Counted from the first letter of the stretch, positions 11,691 to 23,578 are shown. The stretch is DNA of 64,000 nucleotides from Octopus sinensis (GCF_006345805.1 NW_021835954.1:186001-250000); one strand, 5' to 3'. Notes: generated by a model not told the origin, from the sequence alone. Numbers and translations: made by a program.

Positions 11691-11993
11691 GTGGAGGCAC
11701 ATGGCCTAGTGGTTAGAGCAGCGGACTAGCGGTCGAGGGATCGCGGGTTCGCATCACAGACCGGGCAATGTGTGTGTTTATGAGCGAAACACCTAAGCTC
11801 CACACGGCTCTGGCAGAAGGTAATGGCGAACTTCTGCTGACTCTTTCGCCACAACTTTCTCTCACTCTTTCCTCCTGCATCTTGCAGCGATGGACCGGCG
11901 TCCCGTCCAGGTGGGGAACCTATACGCCAAGGAAACCGGGAAACTGGCCCTTATGAGCCAGGCATGGCTTGAGAAGGAAGGAACAAACAAACA
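11691..11993 (+). mobile_element. tRNA-derived SINE family D
   Basis: GTGGAGGCACATGGCCTAGTGGTTAGAGCAGCGG...GGGTTCG head and (AAAC)n tail; relatives at 58936, 59120-59380 (-) and 60972-61230. Confidence 0.8.
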
Positions 11994-12727
11994 ATGTATG
12001 TATATCAGATTGGACACCCTGCATGATAAAAACAAAACCTGACAAAGGATGGATGAACTTATTAAAATCAACGGCCATCCAATACTGTATCTACAAGCTT
12101 AGTCCTGCTATTTCTGATGGAGAGGGGTAGTTCTAGGGCAGAAAACAATGTCTGCGCAAAGGATTGACACGTTTTCAACAACGGGTTCAGTTAGCTGAGA
12201 ACCATGAGAATGAAAATGTAGGCATGGCGTACTACATTAGAGTGTGAGTGAGTGACCCCTAGTCCTTGTTAGGATATCACTCTAGGAGAGTACTCTGCAA
12301 CCCTTTTTCACTCGCGGTACATTTATATTCTTTTCAAAATACGGCGGTACACCTGAACTAAAATTATAACTAAACGTATAGGGAAAAAAAATTATAGTAC
12401 ATCTAGTATCGTCTCGTGGCATACCAGTGTGCCGCGACATACCGGTCGTGGAGCACAAATCTTAAGAGAAGAGAAACTCTGAAGTAAAACCTGCGGCTCG
12501 ATGGTAGCCAGTGATGTTGACTAGTTCTTCTTTTGAGGGAATATGTCATCGTTATTCAGAGAGTTGGATTGATTGCGTGTGCAAGACCTTTCCTCACTTT
12601 AAAAAGCTTCATGCACCGGCAGAGCTTGACGTACCGACATCATCTTATATTCGTGACCATCATACACGCATGACATGCAAACATGTATGTTTCTCTCCTG
12701 TTTTTATTTAAATTCTTCCTTTGACCG

Positions 12728-14067
12728 GCAGTAATGGCAGGTCATCGAACCGGTCTTCAAGCGCGTATCACAAAAGATAATCCAAAGATTGCATTTGTGC
12801 CATGCACCGATCATTCTTTGAATTTATCAGCTGCGCATGCAGCTTCATTTACGATCATTTGGCACATTGGGCCATTTATTTTCATTCTTCTCACCCTCAA
12901 CTCATCGATTAGACATCTTGATTGAGATAACAGGTGCAACTATCAAACGGAGGCTGGGGAAACGAGATGGAATAGTCGAGCAGATGCAGTGAAAGTGTGT
13001 AGAAATAAAATTCACGGAAATCATCGCTGCGCTAGAACGATTGATGGAAGATGCAGAAAATGCAACTACGAGATCTGATGCAGGTTTAATTCTTCAGGCG
13101 ATGCTGTCATTTTCTTTCTTGTCATTTCTTGGTCTTTGGAGAGATATACTTCTTGAAATTAAAGACACTCAGCAATACCCCCAAACGAAAGGTCTGGATT
13201 TGCAACAAAGTGCCGTTAATCTGTCAGCCTTGAAAACTTTTCTACTTGTAAGCAGAGACAAAACAGAAAATGACGCGTTGGTCTATTCAACCGAAATTTG
13301 CTCTGATACGGGAATCAGCAGAGAGCGCCGATTTCGCAAAAAGAAAAGAATGAGCTACGAAGAAAGTATCAAAGCCGCACCGTTGAGCCACACCGTCTAA
13401 TTTGTTAAATGAAGAGTGTAATTGTGATGTAGATGCTTTTGATGAGAATATAAAGAGAGAAAACTTTCTGGTTGAAAGGACAAGACCGCAAAATTATTTG
13501 GCGGATGCTGACGCTGAAGAGATGGAAGGGCCTTTTCAAGTTCTTCAGTTTATTCAGAAATATAATCTTATTGATTCATTGCCATATATTGAAATACTTT
13601 TAAGAGTCTTCCTAACTCGTGACATTAGTGTTGCTAGCTGCGAACGGTCCTTTTCTAAAGTAAAGCTCAAGAACCACCACGGGTCAACAATAAGTCAAAC
13701 AAGGTTGACTCATTTGGCAACACTATCCAAAGAACGCAAACTTGCGGATAAAATTAATTCGTGAAATCATGCAAGATTTCGCGAAGAAGAAGGAACGTAA
13801 AATCAATTTGAAAATCGTTTATTTTAGTAATTCACTTACCTTCTGTTCTTTAACATATTTTTCCTATTATTTTTTTTTTTGTATGTATAACCATAATAAA
13901 AGTAAATTTGAGGTAAATAAATGGTTGGGACAGTTTGTCTTCTTATTTTGCATACATATATACCTGTATTATTCCGTTTTGGAGCGTTTTGAAGTGTTAT
14001 TAGAACTTTTAAGGGACAGCCAAATAAACACCCGCCCCGGGCAGCACTTGTGTTAGATACTCCACTG
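12728..14067 (+). mobile_element. hAT transposon relic (transposase pseudogene and 3' terminus)
   Basis: FVPCTDHSLNL (CxxH motif) and SVASCERSFSKVKL...RLTHLATLSKE (hAT dimerisation domain); multiple frameshifts; end ...TAGATACTCCACTG. Confidence 0.8.
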
Positions 14068-14215
14068 CATTATATTAAATATAAGATCCATAATATTTAC
14101 GAAGGACAGATTCCAAGACAGGTGAATGTCATTTAATGGATAACATGTACATTCGTGCAACCTTTGATGTTTTTTCACCACAGAATCTCGTTTTCCAAGT
14201 TCACTTTATCTTTAG

Positions 14216-14590
14216 ACTAGCAGTATCACCCGGCGTTGCTCGGGTTTGTTTCGACCCTTTAGAATTGGAATTTTTGAAAAGTAAAAATTTTACATTATGT
14301 AGCTTGTTATTCTCTTTAAGTGAACATTTTTCTGGTTAAAATACACCGAAAAAAAAACCCGTAAAAAATAGGGATTTTCATAGAAAGGAAGCACCTTTTT
14401 GATGTAAATAATTTTTTGTGTTAACATGGTCTGATTTGAATTTTTTCTTCTACGGAAAGAAGAGCAAGCCTTCTTCTATCACACTCTCAATTTTGGTCAA
14501 CTTGCGCTGCAGGGTCTCGGAGGAGATAGTGTTACTTGAAGGTTACCAAACCTGCCATACACAGACAACTTCAGCTTTATCTTTAGATAT
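14216..14590 (+). mobile_element. Non-autonomous Helitron/HINE-like element family E
   Basis: Starts ACTAGCAGTATCACCCGGCGTTGCTCGGG and ends CATACACAGACAACTTCAGCTTTAT. Partial copies at 58284-58470 (+) and 61445-61752 (-). A flanking 13-bp direct repeat CTTTATCTTTAGA makes the classification uncertain. Confidence 0.45.
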
Positions 14591-14654
14591 TGTAACAACA
14601 AACATGCACACTCTTAACACGATGCATACTTAGAACCAAATTATAGAGTAAATC

Positions 14655-15026
14655 AGTGGTTCTCAACCGTTTTTTTTTCATCTATGGACTTCTTTTACTG
14701 TTATAGTCCATGTTTAAAAATTAGTTTTATAGAAACGTCTTTCAAAATTCCTATTTAATTTTTTTACGCATTCACTTGTGTAGATTTGCATTAGAACTCT
14801 CCAGATGTTCCAGGGGCCGAAACATGTTGAATTATGTAAAACGTTGGAGAAAGAAATCTTGCTATTTCCAGCAACAAATACATCGCAGGCAAATTTTTTT
14901 TTTTGAAGGACCATAAAAATACTGCAGTGGATCCCCAGTTTATTATATTACTTGCATGGACCTTCAAAAATCTTATATAGATCCCACCCCCGGGATCATA
15001 CTGACCCCCCCAACTAAGACCACTGG
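14655..15026. mobile_element. hAT/Charlie-like MITE, decayed
   Basis: CAGTGGTTCTCAAC left end, ...GACCACTG right end; flanks GAGTAAAT/GCGTAAAG resemble an 8-bp TSD. Confidence 0.55.
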
Positions 15027-15661
15027 CGTAAAGACATCGACGATTTTGCCGCACTTTTAAAATCTTCAGCTTGTCGGTTATTTATTTAATTATTCATTCT
15101 TTGAAATTAGAACTTTGGTGTTCAAGCGAGGAGTTATACTCAATCACCTTGGGCTACAAGGGCAAATGGCTCCCACAAGTGCAGCTGATTTCTATTACAA
15201 ATGCAAATGGTATCAACAACGAGTACAACTGGGTTTTTTTTACAAGTGCAGCAGGCTTCTATTACAACTGCAACTAGTTTTTTTTTTTACAAGTACAGCT
15301 GTAGAACAAGTGCAGCTGGCTTCAAAATCACAATAGTTTAAAAACTAGTTCGTAGCTAAGTACAATGTGTTTGAAATCAAAAGCATGACCAGCAACCAAA
15401 AGTACCTGATCGAGAACAAAAAAGTACCACATTCATATGGCAGCACTGCATGTTTTTTACACACTGTGCGATGGGAGTTATTAACATGAGTGTCACGTGA
15501 TCAGTGCTATTTAACATGAAGTAAAACCCTAATTTTCAGTGTCATAGCTTTAAATGCTTTATCCAGCTTCATGTTTATGTGAAAGAACTTTTTCATTGTA
15601 ATCGATAGCAGAAATTCGAATTTAGAAACAAACTAATATAAGAAGCTGATATTCTTATTAC

Positions 15662-15790
15662 CTATTTCTTTACTACCCACAAGGGGCTAAGTCGACCTCG
15701 GCGGAATTTGAACTCAGAACGTAGCGGCAGACGAAATACTGCTAAGCATTTCGCCCGGCGTGATAACGATTCTGCCAACTCGCCGCCCTA
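15662..15790 (-). mobile_element. SINE family A with internal deletion
   Basis: Reverse complement of family A head and tail; flanked by AAGAAGCTGA(T/C)ATTC(T/A)TATTAC direct repeats. Confidence 0.75.
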
Positions 15791-16188
15791 AAGAAGCTGA
15801 CATTCATATTACCAGTAACAACCACAATTCCAAATACTAAGTGTCTCTAAGACCAGAGAATAGTACACCGCAGTAATTTATGCCAAATGTCTTACTTTCA
15901 AATAGAATTTTGTAAAACCTCTACGGTAAGAAATAACTAAATTATGCTAATTAACAGAAACACAGTCCGCCAGACGATTTTTGCTAGTCGCTAAATAAAT
16001 TTTGCACATTTAATTCCTAATTGGTGCAATTTTTCTTATATGTTACGACTAATTTCCTCTTGTATCTTTTAATCGTACGATAGCACTCATTCATTCAACA
16101 ATTAAATTCAGAATAATAGCAAGCACTCAAAGATAGTACTAAAATTTATGATCACCATCAGCCAAGTAAATGCGTTCCGATTATCGTA

Positions 16189-16560
16189 TCTCTCTATATA
16201 TAAACGGCGAAATGTCTGTCTGTATGTGTGTCCTTTATACAAATCCACAATTTTTCAGTAAGAGGGCTCGCACTTTCTATGGTCATTCAAAACCGTCCAA
16301 GGGTGGTCGTGCACATCTTTACATTTCCCCAGTCACCCCGCAAAGCCATTAAAAATCAATAGAAGTGACTTTTTTTGTGAATTTTCTATCCAAAACTCAA
16401 TCAAAATGCCCGAAACTTGATACGCCAATTGAATGCCAGCTAGCTGTATGTGATTGGTCGGCGATTTGGACAGTACTTGCGTGTATGTGCGCAGGCACGC
16501 AACTGTATATGCATGCACTAGCACTATGACCCGGTGTTGCTGGGTCATAGTGCAAGTATT
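16189..16560 (+). mobile_element. Non-autonomous Helitron
   Basis: 5' TCTCTATATATAAA and 3' hairpin CACTATGACCC...GGGTCATAGTG followed by C(A)AGT; second copy at 30820-31220 (-). Confidence 0.65.
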
Positions 16561-16849
16561 TGTATAAAGATGAGAAGATTTCGTAACTTCGCATGAAAGT
16601 GAACTAGATTTCACATTTTGTATGTATTGGAAAGAATCATATTGAAAAAACTTACTGCAGGTTCGAACACGTGTGATTTTATAACTCATCGTTTGTTCTA
16701 CATTATTTTCCCGTCAATATGTCTGCGTGCGTGTTTGTGTTTTACGTCCGTCTTTACGCTCTGAGTTCAAATGCCGCCACCCAGGTCGACTTTGCCTAAA
16801 AAAATTTCAGGTATTGTACCTATAGCAGAAAAGGATTTTTAATAACTTA

Positions 16850-17150
16850 AATTCTTCGTTTGTCCATCGTTGTCGACAATGACCAAGGATATCACATGGG
16901 AGAAGACCGGGTACGCTGTGACCGATCAGTCCGATTTGTGCTGGGAAGGCTCTGCCACAGCTCGGGCACTGGTGGTCTGCTGGGACCGAAGGCAAGGAGC
17001 TGTCTCGGGACTTACGCAGTTCGCATTTTCTTTGTGCCCATTGCGTGTTCGTAGGAGATGGCACCTCTGCTGGTGCATTTTCGCCAGGCAGGACGGTCTT
17101 GCGCTTGTGTTTCCAAGGTGCCGCCGGGGTTGATCTCAAAGGTCAACATA
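16850..17150 (-). mobile_element. RTE-type LINE 3' fragment
   Basis: CPSCGRAFPAQIGLIGH resembles the RTE C-terminal CxxC...IGLxSH motif; preceding DRPAWRK motif in another frame. Confidence 0.65.
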
Positions 17151-17340
17151 AATACAAAATGCTTAGTGGCATTTCTTCCAGCGTCAAACATTCTGAGTTC
17201 AAATACTGCCGAGATCAACGTCGCCTTTCATCCTTTAGAGACGATGGAATAAGTATCAGTTGACCATTAGGGACGATGTCATCGGCTTCCCCCTCCCCTA
17301 AAAATTGCTGGCATTGTGCCAAAATTAGAAAGAATTATTA

Positions 17341-17560
17341 AGGTAGCGAGTTGGTAGCACGTCAAAGAAAGGCTCGGCCAATCATCAAACAAACTGGTAG
17401 CAAGCCGGAAGAAAGGCTCAGCGGCAGTTCTTCCGGCTTTATGTTCTGAGTTTAGATTTCGCTGAGGTCGAGTTTGCCTTTCCATACATTCGGGGCCGAT
17501 GAAATAAGCACCAATTGAGCAGTGGAGGTCACTAGCTCCCTTCCCCGAAATTACATGCCG
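17341..17560 (+). mobile_element. Diverged SINE family A carrying an exon-1-derived insert
   Basis: Family A body; 17365-17388 is identical to 21084-21107. Confidence 0.65.
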
Positions 17561-17570
17561 AGTGCCTATA

Positions 17571-18035
17571 GTGGCTTAGTGGTTAGGGTATTGAACTCAT
17601 GATCGTGAGGTTGTGGTTTCGATTCCTGGACCGGGTGATGCGTTGTGTTCTTGAGCAAAACACTTCATTTCACGTTGCTCCAGTCCATTCAGCTGGCAAA
17701 AATGAGTAATGCTGTGACGGACCGGCGTCCCATCCAGAAACCGGGAAACCTTATGAGCCTGGCATTGCTCGAGAAGGAACAAAGGATTCCCGTCTTCAAC
17801 TTTTGCCGGTCTGATTTGTTTACAGAGATCAAACGTATGTGCCGTAACATTAGCTCACTCCCTCCATCAAATCGACGTTGCCTGAAACAGGTGTACAGTG
17901 TAGCATGTGTCAGGTGTCGAAGCGATCGCAGAGCAACGTGAGATGAGGCGTTTTACTCAAGAGCACAACGTACCATCCGGTCTAGGAATTGAAACCACGA
18001 TCTTGCAATCCTGAGTGCAACAGTCTAACCACCAG
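17571..18035. mobile_element. Inverted pair of CORE-like SINEs (family C)
   Basis: 17571-17790 (+) and about 17820-18035 (-) share TTGAG(C/T)AAAAC and tRNA-like head sequences in opposite orientation. Confidence 0.65.
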
Positions 18036-18876
18036 ATAGGGCGTCCTCTACAATTACAAATGTACAGAGAAAGGATATCTTTTTTTGTCTCGTTCATCAT
18101 ATGAACTCCGATAACGTGAACAGTGGAAACTTCAGTAAAAGAACTGACAAGCGAAAATATAAACAGTTTTCATGTAAATAGTCCGTATTAAGTATTGTCA
18201 TAGTCTGTTGCAATGGTTATTAAGAAAGATGAGAATGCAAGGAGCCGTGCTGACACGGTCGGTCCGAGCATAGAAGACCAGGAAGGATTACCAAAAGGAA
18301 ATCAACCGGCGGCTTAGTTCACTAACCCGAACCCTGTGTAAATAGTAATAATTTAACATCTAAATTTTTAACTTTATAACATTCGGTATTCATATCCATA
18401 AACTCATTCCTGTTTAATATGTTGTAGGAGAGTGTCTGACCCTTATATGTCCTTGTCTGTCCTTGTTTGTCCCCTCTGTGTGTCCTTTTTATAAGGAATA
18501 AAGAAAATCTGTTAGAATGGTTATTTCTTTGATATGCCAAACAACAGAATGGTAACGGCTAGAACGACTTTATTCATAGATCGGCTTGGCCTATAAGTGT
18601 ACCTTTATATAGTCGCTTGACATAATAGGAAATAGCAGTCAAATCTCGCTTGCATTGACCAACGTAATCCGAAGTACACTGTAGAATCCCTTTGATCACA
18701 AGTGAGCACGATAACGGCTAGCCCGAGACTAAACTGCGGCACCAACTAAAAAACCACTGAATCGCAGTTAAGTGCCATAAAATATCTCCTGGGGCGTTTT
18801 AATCTTAGTAACCCCCGCTATCAGCAAAGTTCCTTAACATATTTATTCTGAATCTTGCAGTCAGATATACAACGAA

Positions 18877-19086
18877 CCGTTAGCACGCTGGGTGAAAATG
18901 TGTAGCCGTATTTCGTCTGCCATTACGTTCTGAGTTCAAATTCCGCCGAGGTCGACTTTGCCATTCATCCTTTCGGGGTCGATAAATTAAGTACCAGTTA
19001 CGCACTGGGTCATGTAATCGACTTAATCCGCTTGTCTGTCCTTGTTTGTCCCCTCTGTGTTTAGCCCCTTGTGGGTAGTAAAGAAA
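18877..19086 (+). mobile_element. SINE family A, 5'-truncated
   Basis: 15-bp TSD CAGATATACAACGAA at 18862-18876 and 19087-19101. Confidence 0.85.
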
Positions 19087-19659
19087 CAGATATACAACGA
19101 ATCAATGACTGGCCCCGATGGACACCCGTGGTCAATGACGATGTTGTTCATCAGTTGCGATATAATAAATTAAACATAAAAAGCATTCTTTACAAAGGTT
19201 CGACATCGCTTTTAATTCGGAGAGAAAAAGAAACGAGGCTTTTTTATGATTAAGGTTTGACTTTCTTTTTTCAAACGAATTTATGGAGAAAGAAAGCGAA
19301 AGCGGATCGCTGGCTCCGTTCACCGGCAACTTGCTGCTACACTTGCTGGAATGGAACTAATAGAAAGTAGGACACAGCAAAACAACCAAGAAACGAGATC
19401 GTTTTGGTGAGACCTATATCAGCCCTAACTGAGCAGAACTGTAATCAAAGGCATTCCTTACGATATCTAATGTATCCTTCCCACTTACAAGACGGTAAAG
19501 TGTAGTTTAAGACGGATTTAGCTGCGATTTCCAGCAGGATGTCGTCATCATCCTTGGATGTAGCGATCATATTATTATATTACTTTTATCTCGTGACAAA
19601 AAAATTTCGTGGAAACAATGACAATTACAAATGCTGAACATTTTACAGCAGGCAAATAG

Positions 19660-19698
<39 letters not shown>

Positions 19699-19699
<1 letters not shown>

Positions 19700-19914
19700 C
19701 GTTATATAATTAGGGCTTGGTAAAATAATTTACTTTGCCACATACTGAAATTTTTAGAAATAGCAGCCAAAAAGTTTTTTTTAGCCATTTCTACTACTTT
19801 AAGAGACTTTTCTTAAAGTAGTAGAAATGGCTAAAAAAACTTTTTGGCTGCTATTTCTAAAAATTCAGTATGTGGCAAAGTAAATTATTTTACTGAGCCC
19901 TAATTATATAACGT
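19699..19914. repeat. Near-perfect palindrome, ~106-bp arms, 6-nt loop
   Basis: Arms read by eye; 2 substitutions and 1 indel. Confidence 0.9.
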
Positions 19915-20006
19915 AATATTTTGAATATGCCTTGAATGGTCCTTTTACATACTGAACACTACTTGGTGAAATTAATTAATAATTAATTGATTTTACCCTT
20001 TATTAT

Positions 20007-20049
<43 letters not shown>

Positions 20050-20614
20050 GACACACATGTCCATCAGTTAAATGTGTTTAAACTGACTTAAGATTATGTT
20101 TGTATGGAGTTCGTATACACAGTCGTTGCAAATGAACTACTGTCAATTATCAACGGAGGGAGGTTCCCCACAAATACACACGCTGACACAGGAATACAGA
20201 ACAACGTTTAGAGATCCATTATAACGTCAACAAGTTGAAGATACATAATTTCTTTTAATCTGGTCTTTATAAAAAGACGAGAAAATATAACCGTTTCGCA
20301 TCGCATGGGACTGATTCGCTTTTCGACTGACTCCTGGCGATTTCGATTTTTTACTGTCCACTCGCTTGAAATCACCCACGGAGCCTGTGCGGGTGCTTAA
20401 CTGCTAGAAATAGCAACCAAATCTCGCTCAACAAAAGGCATAGATATTATTAGTTAGTCCCTGCATTCCAACTTTTTGAACATTTACAAGAAAGACAGAA
20501 AACAAATAACCGGAATCAGAAAGTTCGAAGTAAATAATAAAATGATTTCAATTAATATACTTTTCATGTTTATGAGTATACATACACACAATTATATATC
20601 TATATCTATCTATC

Positions 20615-20664
<50 letters not shown>

Positions 20665-20720
20665 AAAAAATGAAGTTCGAAAATGCTGCTGTATTATACA
20701 ATTTTTAATTTTTATATATA

Positions 20721-20762
20721 CATTATAACATGTTTCAGTTCCTGAAATGAACCTTATCAAAA
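20721..20762 (-). ncRNA. Decayed hammerhead motif (U3:A8 core, weak stem I)
   Basis: TTGATAA GGTTC-atttcag-GAACT GAAA CATG TT; stem I pairs poorly. Confidence 0.35.
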
Positions 20763-21070
20763 AAAGTTATATATAAAAAGAGACAGCTCATGCCGTCAAA
20801 CACAAGAAATTCATTTATAATACACAACGGAGTCAGACATCTTAGAGTTCATGTATAGTTGATATATAGTTTGAAGTATATATAAACGATGCCAAAAGTG
20901 TACAGTATTTTTTCACGAAAAAATACCAAGTGTACTTCGTGTGTGTGTGCATGTGTCAACAGTAGCAAAGGGACAGCAAAAGTATATACGGTTACTGTTG
21001 ACACGGAAACGAAAATCATTAACCGCATATTCTGTATCGGTAAGGAACAACCAAACTTTTATTTACTTAC

Positions 21071-21476
21071 CAATTCCGAAGCCAAGAAAGGCTCGGCCAA
21101 TCATCAACAATGTTATTCCATTAGCTAATCCTAAAAGGAGGGCTCCAACTGTGAAGGCCACGCTGGCAATAATTGTAGTCCATCGGCGACCAACTTTGTC
21201 GTTGAGGTAGCCACCGAACAGGGAAAACAAACAAGCACATGCTATAGTTACGCTCACGAAGATTTCCTGTTCTAGAACTGTTAAGTTGAACTCTCTTTTC
21301 AAAAGTAATAAAGCACCTGAGACGACCCCCGTGTCGTAACCAAACAGAAAACCACCGATCGCCGAAAAAACTGTCAAAACTAGCACAAACTTTTTACTAT
21401 TCTCTTTTGGTGTGTATCTGTCGTTCGAGCGGTGTTCAAAGGAGACGTCTGACGGTGGGTTTACTGGGGGATCCAT
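21071..21476 (-). CDS. SLC2A13: Proton myo-inositol cotransporter (sugar porter/MFS), coding exon 1
   Basis: MDPPVNPP...FSAIGGFLFGYDTGVVSGA...LNDKVGRR...GRAFLGFGIG, with sugar-porter motifs GFLFGYDTG and D-R/K-x-GRR. ATG is at 21476 with an in-frame TAA upstream. Donor G|GTAAGT at 21071/21070 (phase 1). Confidence 0.9.
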
Positions 21477-21610
21477 CGGTGGGTGTTCATGAGAGAATGT
21501 GAGTAGAGAATTCAATAATAAATACTTAAGTTAAACGACGATAAGTTGTAGATTATCATTTTAGATAAGAACTAAGTCACTCGCACCTTGCGGGACAAGT
21601 GAACTCAAAG

Positions 21611-21620
21611 GTCACGTGAT
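21611..21620. promoter_or_regulatory. E-box/CLEAR-like motif GTCACGTGAT 135 bp upstream of the SLC2A13 ATG
   Basis: 9/10 match to GTCACGTGAC in the unique sequence between the ATG and the upstream repeats. Confidence 0.35.
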
Positions 21621-21694
21621 CGTGGAAACTAATTTTGTTTACGTCAACTGAAGTACAAAAGAGTGAATGCATGTGTACATTCGAGTAGATAGAC

Positions 21695-21751
<57 letters not shown>

Positions 21752-21787
21752 CACGATACATATCTAATTGTGTGTCTATATATACTC

Positions 21788-22143
21788 TTTTACTTGTTTC
21801 AGTCATTTGACTGCGGCCATGCTGGAGCACCGCCTTTAATCGACCCCGGGACTTATTCTTTTGTAAGCCCAGTACTTATTCTATCTGTCTCTTTTGCCGA
21901 ACCGCTAAGTAACGGAGACACCAACATCGGTTGTCAAGCAATGCTGGGGGGGGGGGACACACACGCATATATATACATATATACAACGGGCTTCTTTCAG
22001 TTTCCGTCTACCAAATCCACTCACATGGCTTTGGTCGGCCCGAGGCTATAGTAGAAGACACTTGCCCAAGGTGCCACGCAGTGGGACTGAACCCAGAACC
22101 ATGTGGATGGTAAGCAAGCTACTTACCACACAGCCACTCCTGC
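21788..22143 (-). mobile_element. SINE family B
   Basis: Full reverse-complement match to 3625-4020. Confidence 0.8.
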
Positions 22144-22146
22144 ACC

Positions 22147-22183
22147 TATATATATATATATATATATATTTTATATATATATA

Positions 22184-22215
<32 letters not shown>

Positions 22216-22267
22216 TAATATATATATATATATATGTATATGCATGTGTGTATATATATATATATAC

Positions 22268-22315
<48 letters not shown>

Positions 22316-22331
22316 ATATATATATATACAC

Positions 22332-22376
<45 letters not shown>

Positions 22377-22411
22377 ATATATATACATATATATCCATAT
22401 ATATATATATA

Positions 22412-22448
<37 letters not shown>

Positions 22449-22450
22449 AT
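22147..22450. repeat. (TA)n microsatellite
   Basis: Direct reading. Confidence 0.95.
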
Positions 22451-22938
22451 ATACTATATGTATGTTTGTTTGTTTTTTTTTTACTTGTTTCAGTCGATGC
22501 ATTGTGGCCATGCTGGAACAGGGGCCTTGAAAAGTTTAGTTGACCATATCAACCCAAGTACTTACATATTCTTTTGTAAACCTGGTACTCATTTCATCGG
22601 TCTGTTTTTGGCGAACCGCTAAGTTATGGAGGCGTAACGAACTAACACCGATTGTCAAGCGATGGCGGGAAGACACACACACACACACACACATACATAC
22701 ATACATACATACATACATACATACATACATACATAAAATACATAACATACATAACATACATACATACATACATACGAATATGAATCTAGGTTTAAAAAAA
22801 TCACAGGAAAAGAAGTCACAGGGGTTTTTGTTCTTGCGGGGTTTTGTCCGCATCCCATAAATTAATTGTGGCTTTTTCCTGTGACTTTATTTCCAAGCCA
22901 AAATTGTAACTTTACTACTGTGACTTTATTACCGGTCA

Positions 22939-22973
<35 letters not shown>

Positions 22974-23104
22974 TCACATTGTGACGAGAACCGGTTTGAA
23001 TTAATATATATATATTTTGTTAATTTTTCAAAATTTTCCATACACCCATTTTCATTAAAATTTACCCTCAATTTAGCATTCTGCCTTTTTATAATTATTC
23101 CTTG

Positions 23105-23161
<57 letters not shown>

Positions 23162-23289
23162 TATATATATAATATATATATATATTTAAAATTAAGGATA
23201 AAATCTTTATAAGAAATTATCAGTAGTTAGCATGAAAAACCTCGTAAGAGAAAAAATCTGTAAATTTTTCCACTTTGAAAATATTTATT

Positions 23290-23567
23290 TATATTATATA
23301 GAGGGTACTATTATTCATAGGTACCGCACGCCAGAGGGACCTTTGCAGTCAAAACTACTAAAATAAACAAATTGTACCGAATGCAAAACTTCAAAGCAAG
23401 TCATTTAAAAACAGAATTTAGTTACATATCACCTGTGATATGTAACTAAATTCTGTTTTTAAATGACTTGCTTTGAAGTTTTGCATTCGGTACAATTTGT
23501 TTATTTTAGTAGTTTTGACTGCAAAGGTCCCTCCTGGCGTGCGGTACCTATGAATAATAGTACCCTC

Positions 23568-23578
<11 letters not shown>
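23290..23578. repeat. Near-perfect palindrome, ~143-bp arms, 2-nt spacer
   Basis: Centre ...CATATCAC-CT-GTGATATG...; only one indel seen between arms. Confidence 0.92.

Noticed and set aside
11173-11729. MYVC/HTYI repeat ORFs (also 22-24 kb, 52.7 kb, 59.5 kb)
   Set aside because: Translations of (ATGT)n and (TA)n microsatellites.
11691-11765. tRNA gene-like sequences at SINE heads
   Set aside because: No complete acceptor stem; each runs into a shared SINE body, so these are tRNA-derived SINEs, not tRNA genes.
21477-21515. ORF-track TTG start extending exon 1; similar extensions on exons 3 and 4
   Set aside because: Non-ATG starts or read-through into intron sequence; splice sites define the true exon limits.
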